Shown piece after piece: positions 17,320 to 25,832 of a stretch of DNA of 35,339 nucleotides. This stretch comes from Thermoplasmata archaeon (lineage in GTDB: Archaea > Thermoplasmatota > SW-10-69-26 > JACQPN01 > JAJPHT01). Location of the stretch: NCBI GenBank assembly GCA_034667685.1, contig JAXDQU010000023.1, positions 1 through 35,339 on the forward strand, read 5' to 3'. The stretch's first letter is position 1. Every line of letters starts with the position of its first letter. The position numbers were made by a program, and so were the translations under genes. The notes under the pieces are model-generated. The model saw only the letters and a list, made by a program, of their open reading frames with translations. It did not search any database and had not been told where the DNA came from.

Positions 17320-18444
17320 TCAAGATTGCGGATGTCCTCTTGAAGCCCGGCGCGCCAGCGCGGCGGGGTCGTGCCCCAGGTCCGCGAGCGTGGCGCGCGT
17401 CTCGCCCTCGACGAGGAGCGGCGCGTGCGCCAGGTCCGCGGCGCGGGGCACGCCAGCGAGGAAGCATGCCGTGCGCAGCTCCAGCTTCAGCTGCCCGCCG
17501 AACGCGATTGCGGCCTCCGGGCTCGCGTTGGCCGCGCGCAGGAACGCGCTCGCGAAGCCCGCCAGCGTCGCGCCCAGCCCGAGCGCGCGCGCCGCGTCAA
17601 GCCCGCTGCGCAGGCCGCCCGTCGCGACGATCGGGAGCCCGACCTGCGCCTCCAGCACGGAGGCGGGCGTGGGGATGCCCCAGTCGCGGAAGAGCGCGCC
17701 CACGCGCTCGCGGTCGACGCGCCCCTCGGCCTGCGCGCGGAACGCCTCGACCGCGGCGAACGTGGTGCCCGAGAGCCCTCCGACGTCGAGCGCGGCGACG
17801 CCCGCCTGCGCGAGCGCCTGCGCCGTGCCGCGCGAGAGCCCCGCGCCGGTCTCCTTGGCGATGACGGGGACGCCCAGGTCCTGCGCGAGGTCGCGGATCG
17901 CGGCGCGCACGCCCCGGCTGGCGAGGTCGCCCTCGGGCTGCACGGCCTCCTGGAGCGGGTTGAGGTGCACGATCAGCGCGTCCGCGTCGAGCATCTTCAC
18001 CAGCTCGTCGATCTGCGCGCGGGAGAGCGCCGCGCGCTGCCCCTGCGGGATCAGCTGCGGCGCGCCGATGTTCGCGCACAGGAACGGCAGGTCGTGGTCG
18101 CGCACCACGGTGAACGTGCGCCGGGCCTCCGGTGATAGCAAGGCCGCGCGCTGCGAGCCCACGCCCATCGCCAGGCCGTGCGCGGCGGCCGCGGCGGCGA
18201 GGTTGCCGTTGATGCGCTCCGCGTCGGGGTAGCCGCCGGTCATCGAGGCGACCATGATCGGCGCCTCCAGCTGCGCGTGCAGGAAGCGCGCGCGCAGGTC
18301 CACGGCGGGCAGGTCGACGTCGGGCGCCGCGTCGTGGAGCAGCCTGATATCATCCCAGGCGTTGCGCCGCGCGCGGACGTCCTCGCGCAGGATGATGTCC
18401 ACGTGCTCCTGCTTGCGGCTGCGCGTCTGCTCGGGCTCGCCCAT
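17320..18444 (-). CDS. fni: Type 2 isopentenyl-diphosphate delta-isomerase
   Basis: RKQEH, SMTGG, MGVGSQR, NIGAPQL, HLNPLQEAVQPEGD, KETGAG, GGLSGT, WGIPT, TGGLRSGLD. Confidence 0.96.
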   Translation of the reverse strand: MGEPEQTRSRKQEHVDIILREDVRARRNAWDDIRLLHDAAPDVDLPAVDLRARFLHAQLEAPIMVASMTGGYPDAERINGNLAAAAAAHGLAMGVGSQRAALLSPEARRTFTVVRDHDLPFLCANIGAPQLIPQGQRAALSRAQIDELVKMLDADALIVHLNPLQEAVQPEGDLASRGVRAAIRDLAQDLGVPVIAKETGAGLSRGTAQALAQAGVAALDVGGLSGTTFAAVEAFRAQAEGRVDRERVGALFRDWGIPTPASVLEAQVGLPIVATGGLRSGLDAARALGLGATLAGFASAFLRAANASPEAAIAFGGQLKLELRTACFLAGVPRAADLAHAPLLVEGETRATLADLGHDPAALARRASRGHPQS

Positions 18445-18519
18445 TGCAGGCGCGCCAAGCCGCGCGGGCCGCTTCAACGTGCCGAGACCCTTAAGGAAGC
18501 GAAGAGGGCATCCTCATCC

Positions 18520-18666
18520 GTGGACCCGCGCGAGCGCGCCGCGAAGAAGCGGCGGGAGGCCGAGCAGCTTCGGGACGTGCCCCCCGAGCAGACGCTCGCG
18601 ATGGGATTCAGCCTCATGGCGTTCGCCCGCAAGCTTGCGGAGGCCGCGGACCGTGGCGGGCGTTGA
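18520..18666 (+). CDS. Small helical protein, putative antitoxin partner (48 aa)
   Basis: GTG ~25 nt after CTTAAG; R..PPEQ.L......L pattern; overlaps the downstream nucleotidyltransferase gene. Confidence 0.6.
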   Translation: MDPRERAAKKRREAEQLRDVPPEQTLAMGFSLMAFARKLAEAADRGGR

Positions 18667-19195
18667 GCGGACGGCGCTCGCGTTCGACCGCGCATGCGCC
18701 AAGGCGGGCGTGGCCTATGCCTACGTCGGCGGCGTCGCGGTCCTGGCCTGGGGCCAGCCGCGCGCGACGTCGGACGTCGACGCGATCATCGTGGCTCCCA
18801 CGGCGTTCGGACCCTTCGTCGAGGCGCTCGCCCGCGAGGGCCTCGTAGTCGATCCGCGCGACCTCGAGGACGCGCGGCGGGATGGCGGCCACGTGAGCAT
18901 CTTCGACGATGCGACCGGCTTCCACGTCGACTGCAAGATGGTGAAGAGCGACCTCGAGCGCGGCGAGATCGCGCGCGCCCGCATCGTGCCATTCGAGGAC
19001 GGGAGGCTCGTCGTGATCGCGCCCGAAGAGGCCATCGCGTTCAAGCTGAAATTCGGCTCGCCCCAGGACATCCAGGACGCGCGCTCGATCCTCGTGCGCC
19101 AGGCCGGCCGTCTTGACATGGCGCGGTTGCGCGCGCTGGCCGAGACCATTGGGGTGCGGACGGCGCTCGACGCGCTTGTCTCCGAGACGGACTAG
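18653..19195 (+). CDS. Nucleotidyltransferase (DUF6036/AbiEii-like)
   Basis: YAYVGGVAV..WGQPRATSDVD (GG..R.T.DxD), PEE.I..KL..G.PQD..D motif; GGAGG upstream of the GTG. Confidence 0.8.
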   Translation: MAGVERTALAFDRACAKAGVAYAYVGGVAVLAWGQPRATSDVDAIIVAPTAFGPFVEALAREGLVVDPRDLEDARRDGGHVSIFDDATGFHVDCKMVKSDLERGEIARARIVPFEDGRLVVIAPEEAIAFKLKFGSPQDIQDARSILVRQAGRLDMARLRALAETIGVRTALDALVSETD

Positions 19196-19947
19196 GCCGT
19201 GACGATCGTTCCGAGCGTGGCCTTGCCCGCCAGCGCGTCGGCGAGCCGCCCCGGAACGAGCCCGTTGACGACCACGACCTCGACGCCCGCCTTCGCCACC
19301 TCGCGGGCGCGCGCGAGCTTGCCGACCATGCCGCCCGTGACGTCGTTCTTCGCGCCGGCGGCCCCGACGTGGTCGTGCGGCCCGATGCGCGGGAGCAGCC
19401 GCCCCTCGGGCCAGCGGTCGAAGATGCCATCCACGTCCGTGACGAACACGGCGCGCTGCGGCCGGAACGCGCGGGCCAGCTCGGCCATGATGACGTCGCC
19501 GCTCAGGATGCCCCAGCCGCGCGAGGCGTCGAGCACGCCGTCGCCTGATAGCACCGGGATGAAGCCCGCGGCGAGGGTGTCGGCGACCGCGACGTGGGCG
19601 AACGAGAGCAGCTTTCCCTCGTGGAGGCGCGCCAGGTCGTAGGTCGAGTGCGCCAGCGCCGGCAGGCCCGCGTCGCGCAGCGCCTCCAGCACGAGCACCG
19701 AAAGCTCGCGCACGTCGGCGTGCACCTGCGCGAACGCGGCGTCGCGGCGCGCATCCTCATCGCGGCCGCGCGCGAGGTCGAACTGCTTGGCGAGGACGTG
19801 GCCGTAGGAGCCCGCGCCGTGCACCACGATGAGCGGCTCGCGCGTCGTGGCCGATTCCTGCGCGAGGCGCGAGAGCACGTCGAGGCGCGGCGCGCGGTAG
19901 GCGGCCTTGTCGGTGACGACGCTGCCGCCCAGCTTCACCAGGAGGAT
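19192..19947 (-). CDS. ipk: Isopentenyl phosphate kinase
   Basis: VKLGGSVVTDK, VHGAGSYGH, SGD, TDVDG, DVTGGMVGKL; follows mvk. Start ambiguous (GTG 19938 or non-canonical ~19947). Confidence 0.92.
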   Translation of the reverse strand: MLLVKLGGSVVTDKAAYRAPRLDVLSRLAQESATTREPLIVVHGAGSYGHVLAKQFDLARGRDEDARRDAAFAQVHADVRELSVLVLEALRDAGLPALAHSTYDLARLHEGKLLSFAHVAVADTLAAGFIPVLSGDGVLDASRGWGILSGDVIMAELARAFRPQRAVFVTDVDGIFDRWPEGRLLPRIGPHDHVGAAGAKNDVTGGMVGKLARAREVAKAGVEVVVVNGLVPGRLADALAGKATLGTIVTA

Positions 19948-20876
19948 GGCTGCACCCCCGGGGCGCCCAGGTGGACGACGAGCGGCACGCCGCCGCGCTT
20001 GGCGATCGCGGCCGCGCACGCCTCGGGCTCGTCGGTGAGCGCGATCATGCTCCCCCCGCCGCCGGAGCCGGTGAGCTTCGCGCCGTAGGCGTGCTGGCGC
20101 GCGGCGTGGCAGAGGTCGTCGAGCTTCGGCGTGGAGACGCCCAGGATGGTGAGCAGGTCGTGCGCCTCGTCCATCGCGACGCCCAGCGCCAGCTTCTCGT
20201 GCCCCTGCATGAGCTCCACCGCGTCGCGGCTGATGCGCCCCAGGTCGCGGATCACCTCGCGCGCGAAGCCCGTCTTCTTCACGAACTTCCCGACCTTGGC
20301 GACCTCGTCGGCGGTGCGGCCGCGCTGCATCGTGTTGCCCACCACGAGCGTGAGCGGCGGGATCTCGACGTGGTGCAGGAACCAGCGCCGCTCGTTGCGG
20401 GCGATCTCCCAGAGGAAGCCCGGCCCCTTCTCCTTGTCCACGAGGACCGCGTGGCCGTGCGTGACGGTGCTCGTGTCGGTGGGGCTGCCGCGCCCCTTCT
20501 GCGCGGAGACCTCCGCCGCGTACGCCTCGCGCGCGCAGCGCTCCTCGCCGAACTCCCCCTTCAGCTGAAGGAGCGCGGCCGTCGTGGCGACGGAGAGCGC
20601 GGCGCTGCTGCCCAGGCCGGAGGCGGAGGGGACGCGGCTGTCGGTGCGGATGTCGAGGGGTCCGCCCTTCCAGAGCGCCTCCACGGCGTCCTTGATGTAC
20701 GCGTGGTGGTAGGGCGCCAGCGGCGCGCCGTTGACGCGGTGCTGGTCCCCCTTCTCCTGGATGGCGACCTCGGTGCGCAGCGAGAGCGCGACCGCGATGG
20801 CCGGCTCGCCGTAGACCACGGCGTGCTCCCCGAAGAGGATCACCTTCCCGGGGGCCGAGGCCTTGGCGCCCGCCAT
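19935..20876 (-). CDS. mvk: Mevalonate kinase
   Basis: SAPGKVILFGEHAVVYG, GHMP motif PSASGLGSSAA, SPTD, GAKLTGSGGGG. Confidence 0.95.
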   Translation of the reverse strand: MAGAKASAPGKVILFGEHAVVYGEPAIAVALSLRTEVAIQEKGDQHRVNGAPLAPYHHAYIKDAVEALWKGGPLDIRTDSRVPSASGLGSSAALSVATTAALLQLKGEFGEERCAREAYAAEVSAQKGRGSPTDTSTVTHGHAVLVDKEKGPGFLWEIARNERRWFLHHVEIPPLTLVVGNTMQRGRTADEVAKVGKFVKKTGFAREVIRDLGRISRDAVELMQGHEKLALGVAMDEAHDLLTILGVSTPKLDDLCHAARQHAYGAKLTGSGGGGSMIALTDEPEACAAAIAKRGGVPLVVHLGAPGVQPSSW

Positions 20877-20980
20877 GACGGCGCGGCATGCCGAGGATGC
20901 CGGATAAGCACTCCGAACCGGAAGAGTGACGGGACCGGCGCGGCGAAACCAACATACCCACCAAGCGCCGAAGCACCCGC

Positions 20981-21223
20981 ATGCCCGACCCGCTCCGCGC
21001 CGTGCCGGACGCTCTCCTGGGCCTCGCGCCCACGCGGTCGACCGCCTGCCCTCGGTGCGGGTCCGCGACGAGCGCGCTCGCCAACGGCCGGGGCCGGCTC
21101 GACATCTGCACGCATTGCGGCACGTTCGAGATGACGAACCCGGAGGGCATGCAGCTCTTCAGCCTGAAGGGGCTGGAGCTGCCGCGCGCGGTTCTCAAGG
21201 TTCAGGTAGAAGAGGAGCGATAG
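20981..21223 (+). CDS. Small zinc-finger protein (CPxCG..CxxCG)
   Basis: CPRCG and CTHCG pairs; ends 8 nt before the next gene. Confidence 0.6.
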   Translation: MPDPLRAVPDALLGLAPTRSTACPRCGSATSALANGRGRLDICTHCGTFEMTNPEGMQLFSLKGLELPRAVLKVQVEEER

Positions 21224-21231
21224 CGCGGCGT

Positions 21232-22032
21232 ATGGCCTCCTGGACGCTGGCGGTCGAGGGCCTCGTCCAGCTTGCGACGCTCGCGAGCTTCGCGTTCGTC
21301 GGGAACGTGCTGCGCGCCCGGGGCTCCCACGAGCCGGGCGCCGGCGTCGCCACGCGCGCCATCGTCGCGTGGTGGTGGGGACTGGGCGCCTACCTGGGCA
21401 TGCTGGGCGCGCTCGACCTGCTCGCGTTCGTCGGCTTCGCCCCCTACGCGCTCCACCTCGCCGCGCGGATCGTGGGCGTCGCGCTCCTCGCCCTCTGCGC
21501 CTGGGGATTCTCCACGTACGTGCTCTACCTCTACGGCGGCCCTTCGCGCGCGCTCTTCCGCCTGACCGCGATCTACGGCGCGCTCGCGGCGCTCGCCTTC
21601 TACGCCGAGACGTGGATCGACCATCCCACCGGCGTCGTCGTCTCTGCCTGGGCCTCCGGGCTCGCGCCGCCCGCCGATCCGCGGCTCCTCCAGGGCGTCT
21701 ACGCCTTCTTCGCGATCCCGCTGGTGGCCTCGATCCTGGCCTACGCGAGCCTCTTCGTCCGCGTCCGCGAGCCGCTCCAGCGCTACCGCATCGCGCTGGT
21801 CTCCAGCTCGCTGCTCGCGTGGGTCGTGGGCGGCTTCGTGGGCGCCTCCTCGGGCGGCGCGGCGGAGTTCGTCGCCGTCACGCTCCTGGGGCTCCTCGCC
21901 GCCGGCGCGGTCGTCCTCGCCTACCATCCGCCGCGCTGGGTGCTCGCGCGCATCGATCCGGAGAGCGAGGCCGCGATCGAGACGCGCCGGCGCCGCACGC
22001 GGCTGCAGGACCGCCTCGCGGAGCTGGTGTAG
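21232..22032 (+). CDS. Seven-TM membrane protein (sensor-like, no cytoplasmic output domain)
   Basis: About 7 hydrophobic helices, AY.PP.W motif after the last helix, short charged tail. Confidence 0.75.
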   Translation: MASWTLAVEGLVQLATLASFAFVGNVLRARGSHEPGAGVATRAIVAWWWGLGAYLGMLGALDLLAFVGFAPYALHLAARIVGVALLALCAWGFSTYVLYLYGGPSRALFRLTAIYGALAALAFYAETWIDHPTGVVVSAWASGLAPPADPRLLQGVYAFFAIPLVASILAYASLFVRVREPLQRYRIALVSSSLLAWVVGGFVGASSGGAAEFVAVTLLGLLAAGAVVLAYHPPRWVLARIDPESEAAIETRRRRTRLQDRLAELV

Positions 22033-22035
22033 CGC

Positions 22036-22860
22036 CTACTTCGGCGGCTCGTCGCCGTCCTCGAACTTGTCGAACTTCTCGGGGTCCCACGTGCCGCTCC
22101 CCACGCCCGGCGGGGGCCACTGGCGCAGCCCGCGCAGCGCGCGTCCGAGCGTGCCCATGAGGCGGTGGTATTCCCACGAGGTCAGCCCCGCGCGGCCCAG
22201 GAGGCGGCGCAGCATCAGCTCGCTCTGCTCGACGCGGTGCGTGGGGAACTCGACGACGTTGTTGAGGTGGCGCCACGTCGCGAAGAGCACCTCCTTCTCG
22301 TGGGGCTTCGCCATCGAGACGTGGGGCACGCGCGGGTGCGCCTCGCGCTGGAACTCGTAGAGCGCCACCGCCACCGCGTGGCTGAGGTTCATGCTGCGGT
22401 ACTGCTGGCGCGTCGGGATGTTGCACAGGAGGTCGCAGATCTCCACGTCCTCGTTGGAGAGGCCGAAGTCCTCGCGGCCGAAGACGAGCCCGACGCGCCC
22501 GCCCATCGCGTGCACGCGGCGCGCGATGGGCTCCACGCCCTCCGACATGCGCCGGTGCGCCTTGTTGAGCGTGCTGATGCGCGACGCGAAGCCCACGAGG
22601 ATATCAAAATGCGCCTTCGCCTCCGCGAGCGTCGCGACGGTGCGCGCGTTCCGCAGCACGTCCTGCGCGTGGACGGCGCGCTGCGCCATCTCGCCCTCCG
22701 GGTCGACCTGCGCGTTCACGAGGACGAGCTCGGAGACGCCGAAGTTGAGCATGCAGCGGGCGACGTGCCCCACGTTCCCGCCGTACTGCGGCTCGACGAG
22801 CACGACGCCGAAGCGCGACTCGGGCAGCGGCTCGCCCGCGCGCGGGTTGGTGCTGTCCAT
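22036..22860 (-). CDS. trmJ: TrmJ/LasT family SPOUT tRNA methyltransferase
   Basis: VVLVEP..GGNVG.VAR.M.NFG, LVFGREDFGLSNE, SMNLSHAV. Confidence 0.93.
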   Translation of the reverse strand: MDSTNPRAGEPLPESRFGVVLVEPQYGGNVGHVARCMLNFGVSELVLVNAQVDPEGEMAQRAVHAQDVLRNARTVATLAEAKAHFDILVGFASRISTLNKAHRRMSEGVEPIARRVHAMGGRVGLVFGREDFGLSNEDVEICDLLCNIPTRQQYRSMNLSHAVAVALYEFQREAHPRVPHVSMAKPHEKEVLFATWRHLNNVVEFPTHRVEQSELMLRRLLGRAGLTSWEYHRLMGTLGRALRGLRQWPPPGVGSGTWDPEKFDKFEDGDEPPK

Positions 22861-22863
22861 GGC

Positions 22864-23262
22864 TCAGGCCGAGCGGCGCGACGTGGCGCCGAACTCGGAT
22901 TCCTTCGCCGAGATGCGGTCGCCGAACTTGTCGGGCAGGCGCCTCGCGAGGTCCTCGAGGTCCTTGCGGCGGGCCGAGAACTCGCTGCGCTTGGGCGTGT
23001 CCAGCATCTTCTCGAAGCGCCGGCGCAGGACGAGCTGCTCGCCGAAGTAGAAGCCGCCGATGATGAGCAGGATCGGGCCCGCGATCGAGAGGAGCGTGTT
23101 GTAGTTGCCCTCGGTGCGGTGGACGAGCGAATCGTAGCTCGTGAGCGCGCTGGGCGTGGGCGTGACGAAGATGTCCAGGTACGCCAGGACCGTCAGGACC
23201 AGCCCGATGACGCCGACGATGAGGCCGATCTCGAGCATGTGGTTCTTCGTCCACTTCGCCAT
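22864..23262 (-). CDS. DUF3198-like membrane protein
   Basis: Two TM helices, then F..MLDT.KRSEF.....LE.LA.RLP, resembling a Thermoplasmata-associated family (from recall). Confidence 0.7.
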   Translation of the reverse strand: MAKWTKNHMLEIGLIVGVIGLVLTVLAYLDIFVTPTPSALTSYDSLVHRTEGNYNTLLSIAGPILLIIGGFYFGEQLVLRRRFEKMLDTPKRSEFSARRKDLEDLARRLPDKFGDRISAKESEFGATSRRSA

Positions 23263-23316
23263 GGAACTACCTTCGGCCGCCGCACCCGCGATGGGCCACT
23301 TAAAGATTCGGAAGGC

Positions 23317-23419
23317 GAAGGGAAGCGGGGGAAGGTGGGGAAGACGGGAAGCGAGGGAAGAAGGGGGCCTTGCATGGGACCCGTCTTCCCGTCTTCCCCA
23401 CCTTCCCCCGCTTCCCTTC
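23317..23419. repeat. Perfect 35-bp inverted repeat of GGGAAG-type units
   Basis: 23317-23351 is the exact reverse complement of 23385-23419; lies between divergent genes. Confidence 0.9.
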
Positions 23420-23500
23420 AGCGTCGGCTCGTCCGGACGTCGTTTCCAAATCGCATGCTTCTTAACCCGCCGCGGAGCATTCGCAGCGCGGGATGCATCA

Positions 23501-23824
23501 ATGACGCTCAGCATCGAGGAACTCTGGGTCAAGGCAGCCGTGGAGCACCGCTGCGTGTACATCTCGTACAAGAACCCCGAGACGCGGCTGGTCTACAACA
23601 ACCGCAACATCCGGCCCGAGATCGTGACCCAGGACGAGAACGGCAACGTGACCCTCTGGGGCTTCCTGGACCACAACCCCTTCGTCGGCCTGAAGGCCTT
23701 CAGCCCCCGGTACTTCCAGAACGCGCGCCTGACCGGCGACGGCTTCAAGCCGCAACCCGGCTCGCGCTGGCAGGAGCTCGTCCCCATCTACGACCAGATG
23801 GGCCTCAAGCAGAAGGACAACTAG
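23501..23824 (+). CDS. Stand-alone WYL-domain-like protein (107 aa)
   Basis: Pattern A....R.V.ISY......R.I.P......L.G......K.F....F....LTGD.F.P resembles the WYL fold. Confidence 0.6.
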   Translation: MTLSIEELWVKAAVEHRCVYISYKNPETRLVYNNRNIRPEIVTQDENGNVTLWGFLDHNPFVGLKAFSPRYFQNARLTGDGFKPQPGSRWQELVPIYDQMGLKQKDN

Positions 23825-23918
23825 TCGCGTCCTGTTTTGGTTCGGCGAGGCTTCGCCTCCGGCCCGCTGGACGCTTCTCCCCGTATCGGTCCAGCCGGGG
23901 CGCGGCATCTCGGGGCCG

Positions 23919-25553
23919 TCACGGGCGCGCGAAGGCCGGCGTGACGCTCCCGTCCGCGGGGACCGGCGCTCCAGCCTTGCACACGCCGTCGAGGAGGCCG
24001 GGCGTCACGGTGGTCGGCGGGAGCCTGCGGTGGCTCTGCTGCTCGTAGGCGTAGGCGTAGCCCAGGAGCTTGGCCTCGCTCCACGCGGGCCCGAAGAAGC
24101 TGACGCCCTCCGGATTGTGGCCGTTGTAGCCCGCGGGCACGATGACCGTGGGATAGCCCGCTTCGGCGCCCGTCTGGTAGTAGGAGAGCGAGGGCCCGAC
24201 GATGACGTCGAGCGAGTCCTTGGCGAAGAGGCCGTCGTCGTACTGCTGCGCGGCCTTCTGCGCGGCGAGACCCGTCGCCATCGAGAGCGTGGGGTCGCCC
24301 GGCGTCGCGTCGCTGGCCTGGAGCAGGTCCTGGCCGTACTTCACCTGGTCCGGGTGCTGGCTGTTGTACGCGATGATGTCGGCGAGCGTCTTCACCGGCA
24401 GGCCGGGCCCCGCCTCGTGGGCGAGGTAGTCGTTGATGCCCTGCTTGAACTCGTTGGGGATCACGCCCAGCTCGCTCGTGCCCCACTGGTCGGCGCCGGT
24501 CGTCCCCGCGTTGGGCGCGCCCGCGCTGCTCTGGATGGGCACGAGCGTCGCGCCCGCCTTTTTGATATCGTCGAGCGCCTTCGCGAAGATGGCGTCCGAC
24601 TGGTAGTTGGCGTCGTAGCCCACGCGCTTGCCCTTGAGCGCGTCGAGCGTGAGGCCGGCCGTGAAGTCCGTGACGTGGGACGCGCTCGCGGCGGTGGCGG
24701 CGTCCTCCGGGTCGGGCCCCGCGATGGCGTTGAGCACGCGCGCCGCGTCCTCCACGTTCCGCGCCATGGGGCCGGGCGTGTCGAAGTCGGCGGCGAGCGG
24801 GATGACGCCCGCGCGGCTCACGAGGCCCAGCGTGGGCTTCACGCCCACGAGCGAATTGGCGTCCGAGGGCCCGAGGATGCTGCCCTGCGTCTCGGTGCCG
24901 ATGGTGGCGGCGGCGTACGCCATGCTGCCCGCGACGCCGCTTCCGCTGCTGCTCCCGCTGGGGTCGCCGCCATTGTAGGCGTTGTGCACCTGGCCGCCCA
25001 GGCTGCTGTAGCCGTTGGGGTTGTTGAGCGAGATCCACTGCGCGAACTCGCTCATCTTGGCCTTGCCCAGCACGATGGCGCCCGCGGCGGCGAGCTTGTC
25101 GGTGAGCGTCGCGTTCTTCGGCGGCGTGTTGTTGGCGAGCGCGATCGAGCCCGCGGTCGTGGGCATCCAGTTGGTGCCGACGTTGTCCTTCACGAGGATC
25201 GGGATGCCGTGCAGCGGCCCGCGCAGGTGGCCCGCGGCGCGCTCGGCGTCCATCTGCGCGGCGAGGTCGCGCGCGTGCGGGTCGAGCGTCTGGACCGCGT
25301 TGGTCTTGTCGTCGAAGGCGTGGATGCGCGCCTCGTAGGCGTCGACGAGCTGCACGCTCGTGATCGTCCGGTTCGCCAGCGCGCCTTCGAGCTGGCCGAT
25401 CGTGGCGTTCTGGAGGTCGAGGCCGCCCACCGCGCCCAGGCAGTCGCCGCCCACCGCGCTCGTCGCCGGGCTGTTCGCGGGCGAGGTGCCGGGCGTGGCG
25501 AGGCATCCGGCGCTCAGCAGGACGACGAGGACGAACGCGGCCGTGGCGCGCAT
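23919..25553 (-). CDS. Amidase signature family lipoprotein
   Basis: LSAGC lipobox; GPLHGIPILVKDN, GSSSGS, GTETQGSI, VGVKPTLGLVSR (Ser-cisSer-Lys triad motifs). Confidence 0.93.
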   Translation of the reverse strand: MRATAAFVLVVLLSAGCLATPGTSPANSPATSAVGGDCLGAVGGLDLQNATIGQLEGALANRTITSVQLVDAYEARIHAFDDKTNAVQTLDPHARDLAAQMDAERAAGHLRGPLHGIPILVKDNVGTNWMPTTAGSIALANNTPPKNATLTDKLAAAGAIVLGKAKMSEFAQWISLNNPNGYSSLGGQVHNAYNGGDPSGSSSGSGVAGSMAYAAATIGTETQGSILGPSDANSLVGVKPTLGLVSRAGVIPLAADFDTPGPMARNVEDAARVLNAIAGPDPEDAATAASASHVTDFTAGLTLDALKGKRVGYDANYQSDAIFAKALDDIKKAGATLVPIQSSAGAPNAGTTGADQWGTSELGVIPNEFKQGINDYLAHEAGPGLPVKTLADIIAYNSQHPDQVKYGQDLLQASDATPGDPTLSMATGLAAQKAAQQYDDGLFAKDSLDVIVGPSLSYYQTGAEAGYPTVIVPAGYNGHNPEGVSFFGPAWSEAKLLGYAYAYEQQSHRRLPPTTVTPGLLDGVCKAGAPVPADGSVTPAFARP

Positions 25554-25611
25554 GCTCGCGGCACCTCGCGTGGGGCCGATAAGAGTTGTTGCGGCGCAAC
25601 GCGCCCGATCG

Positions 25612-25816
25612 CACGAAGGCCGAAGAGCGAAGCCTCCGAAGCTGCCCGTGTGGGGTGTCGTGGGCGCGCTCCGCGCGGAAACAGCCCGAATCACGAAGAC
25701 CCGAATCCCGCCTTTTCGTCGTGATTCGGGTCTTCGTGATTCGGGCTGCTCCCCGCCGGAGGCGGCGCAACCTCACAGAGTCCGGATTTCGGAGGCTTCG
25801 GCGATCGGCCTTCGTG
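25612..25816. repeat. Nested inverted repeats of CGAA-containing units
   Basis: Perfect 26-bp IR 25682-25707/25723-25748, inside an outer IR 25612-25640/25788-25816. Confidence 0.88.
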
Positions 25817-25832
25817 TGAGTGAGGTCTGGCG

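Noticed and set aside
12572-18232. 1886-aa plus-strand ORF and other long Arg/Ala/Gly-rich ORFs (e.g. 1542-5414, 1540-4428, 29455-31407)
   Set aside because: Shadow ORFs from high GC, antisense or off-frame to genes with clear motifs; no recognisable domains.
19192-21198. 668-aa IPK fusion suggested by the ORF track
   Set aside because: The upstream part is an off-frame overlap of mvk; IPK homology begins only near 19947.
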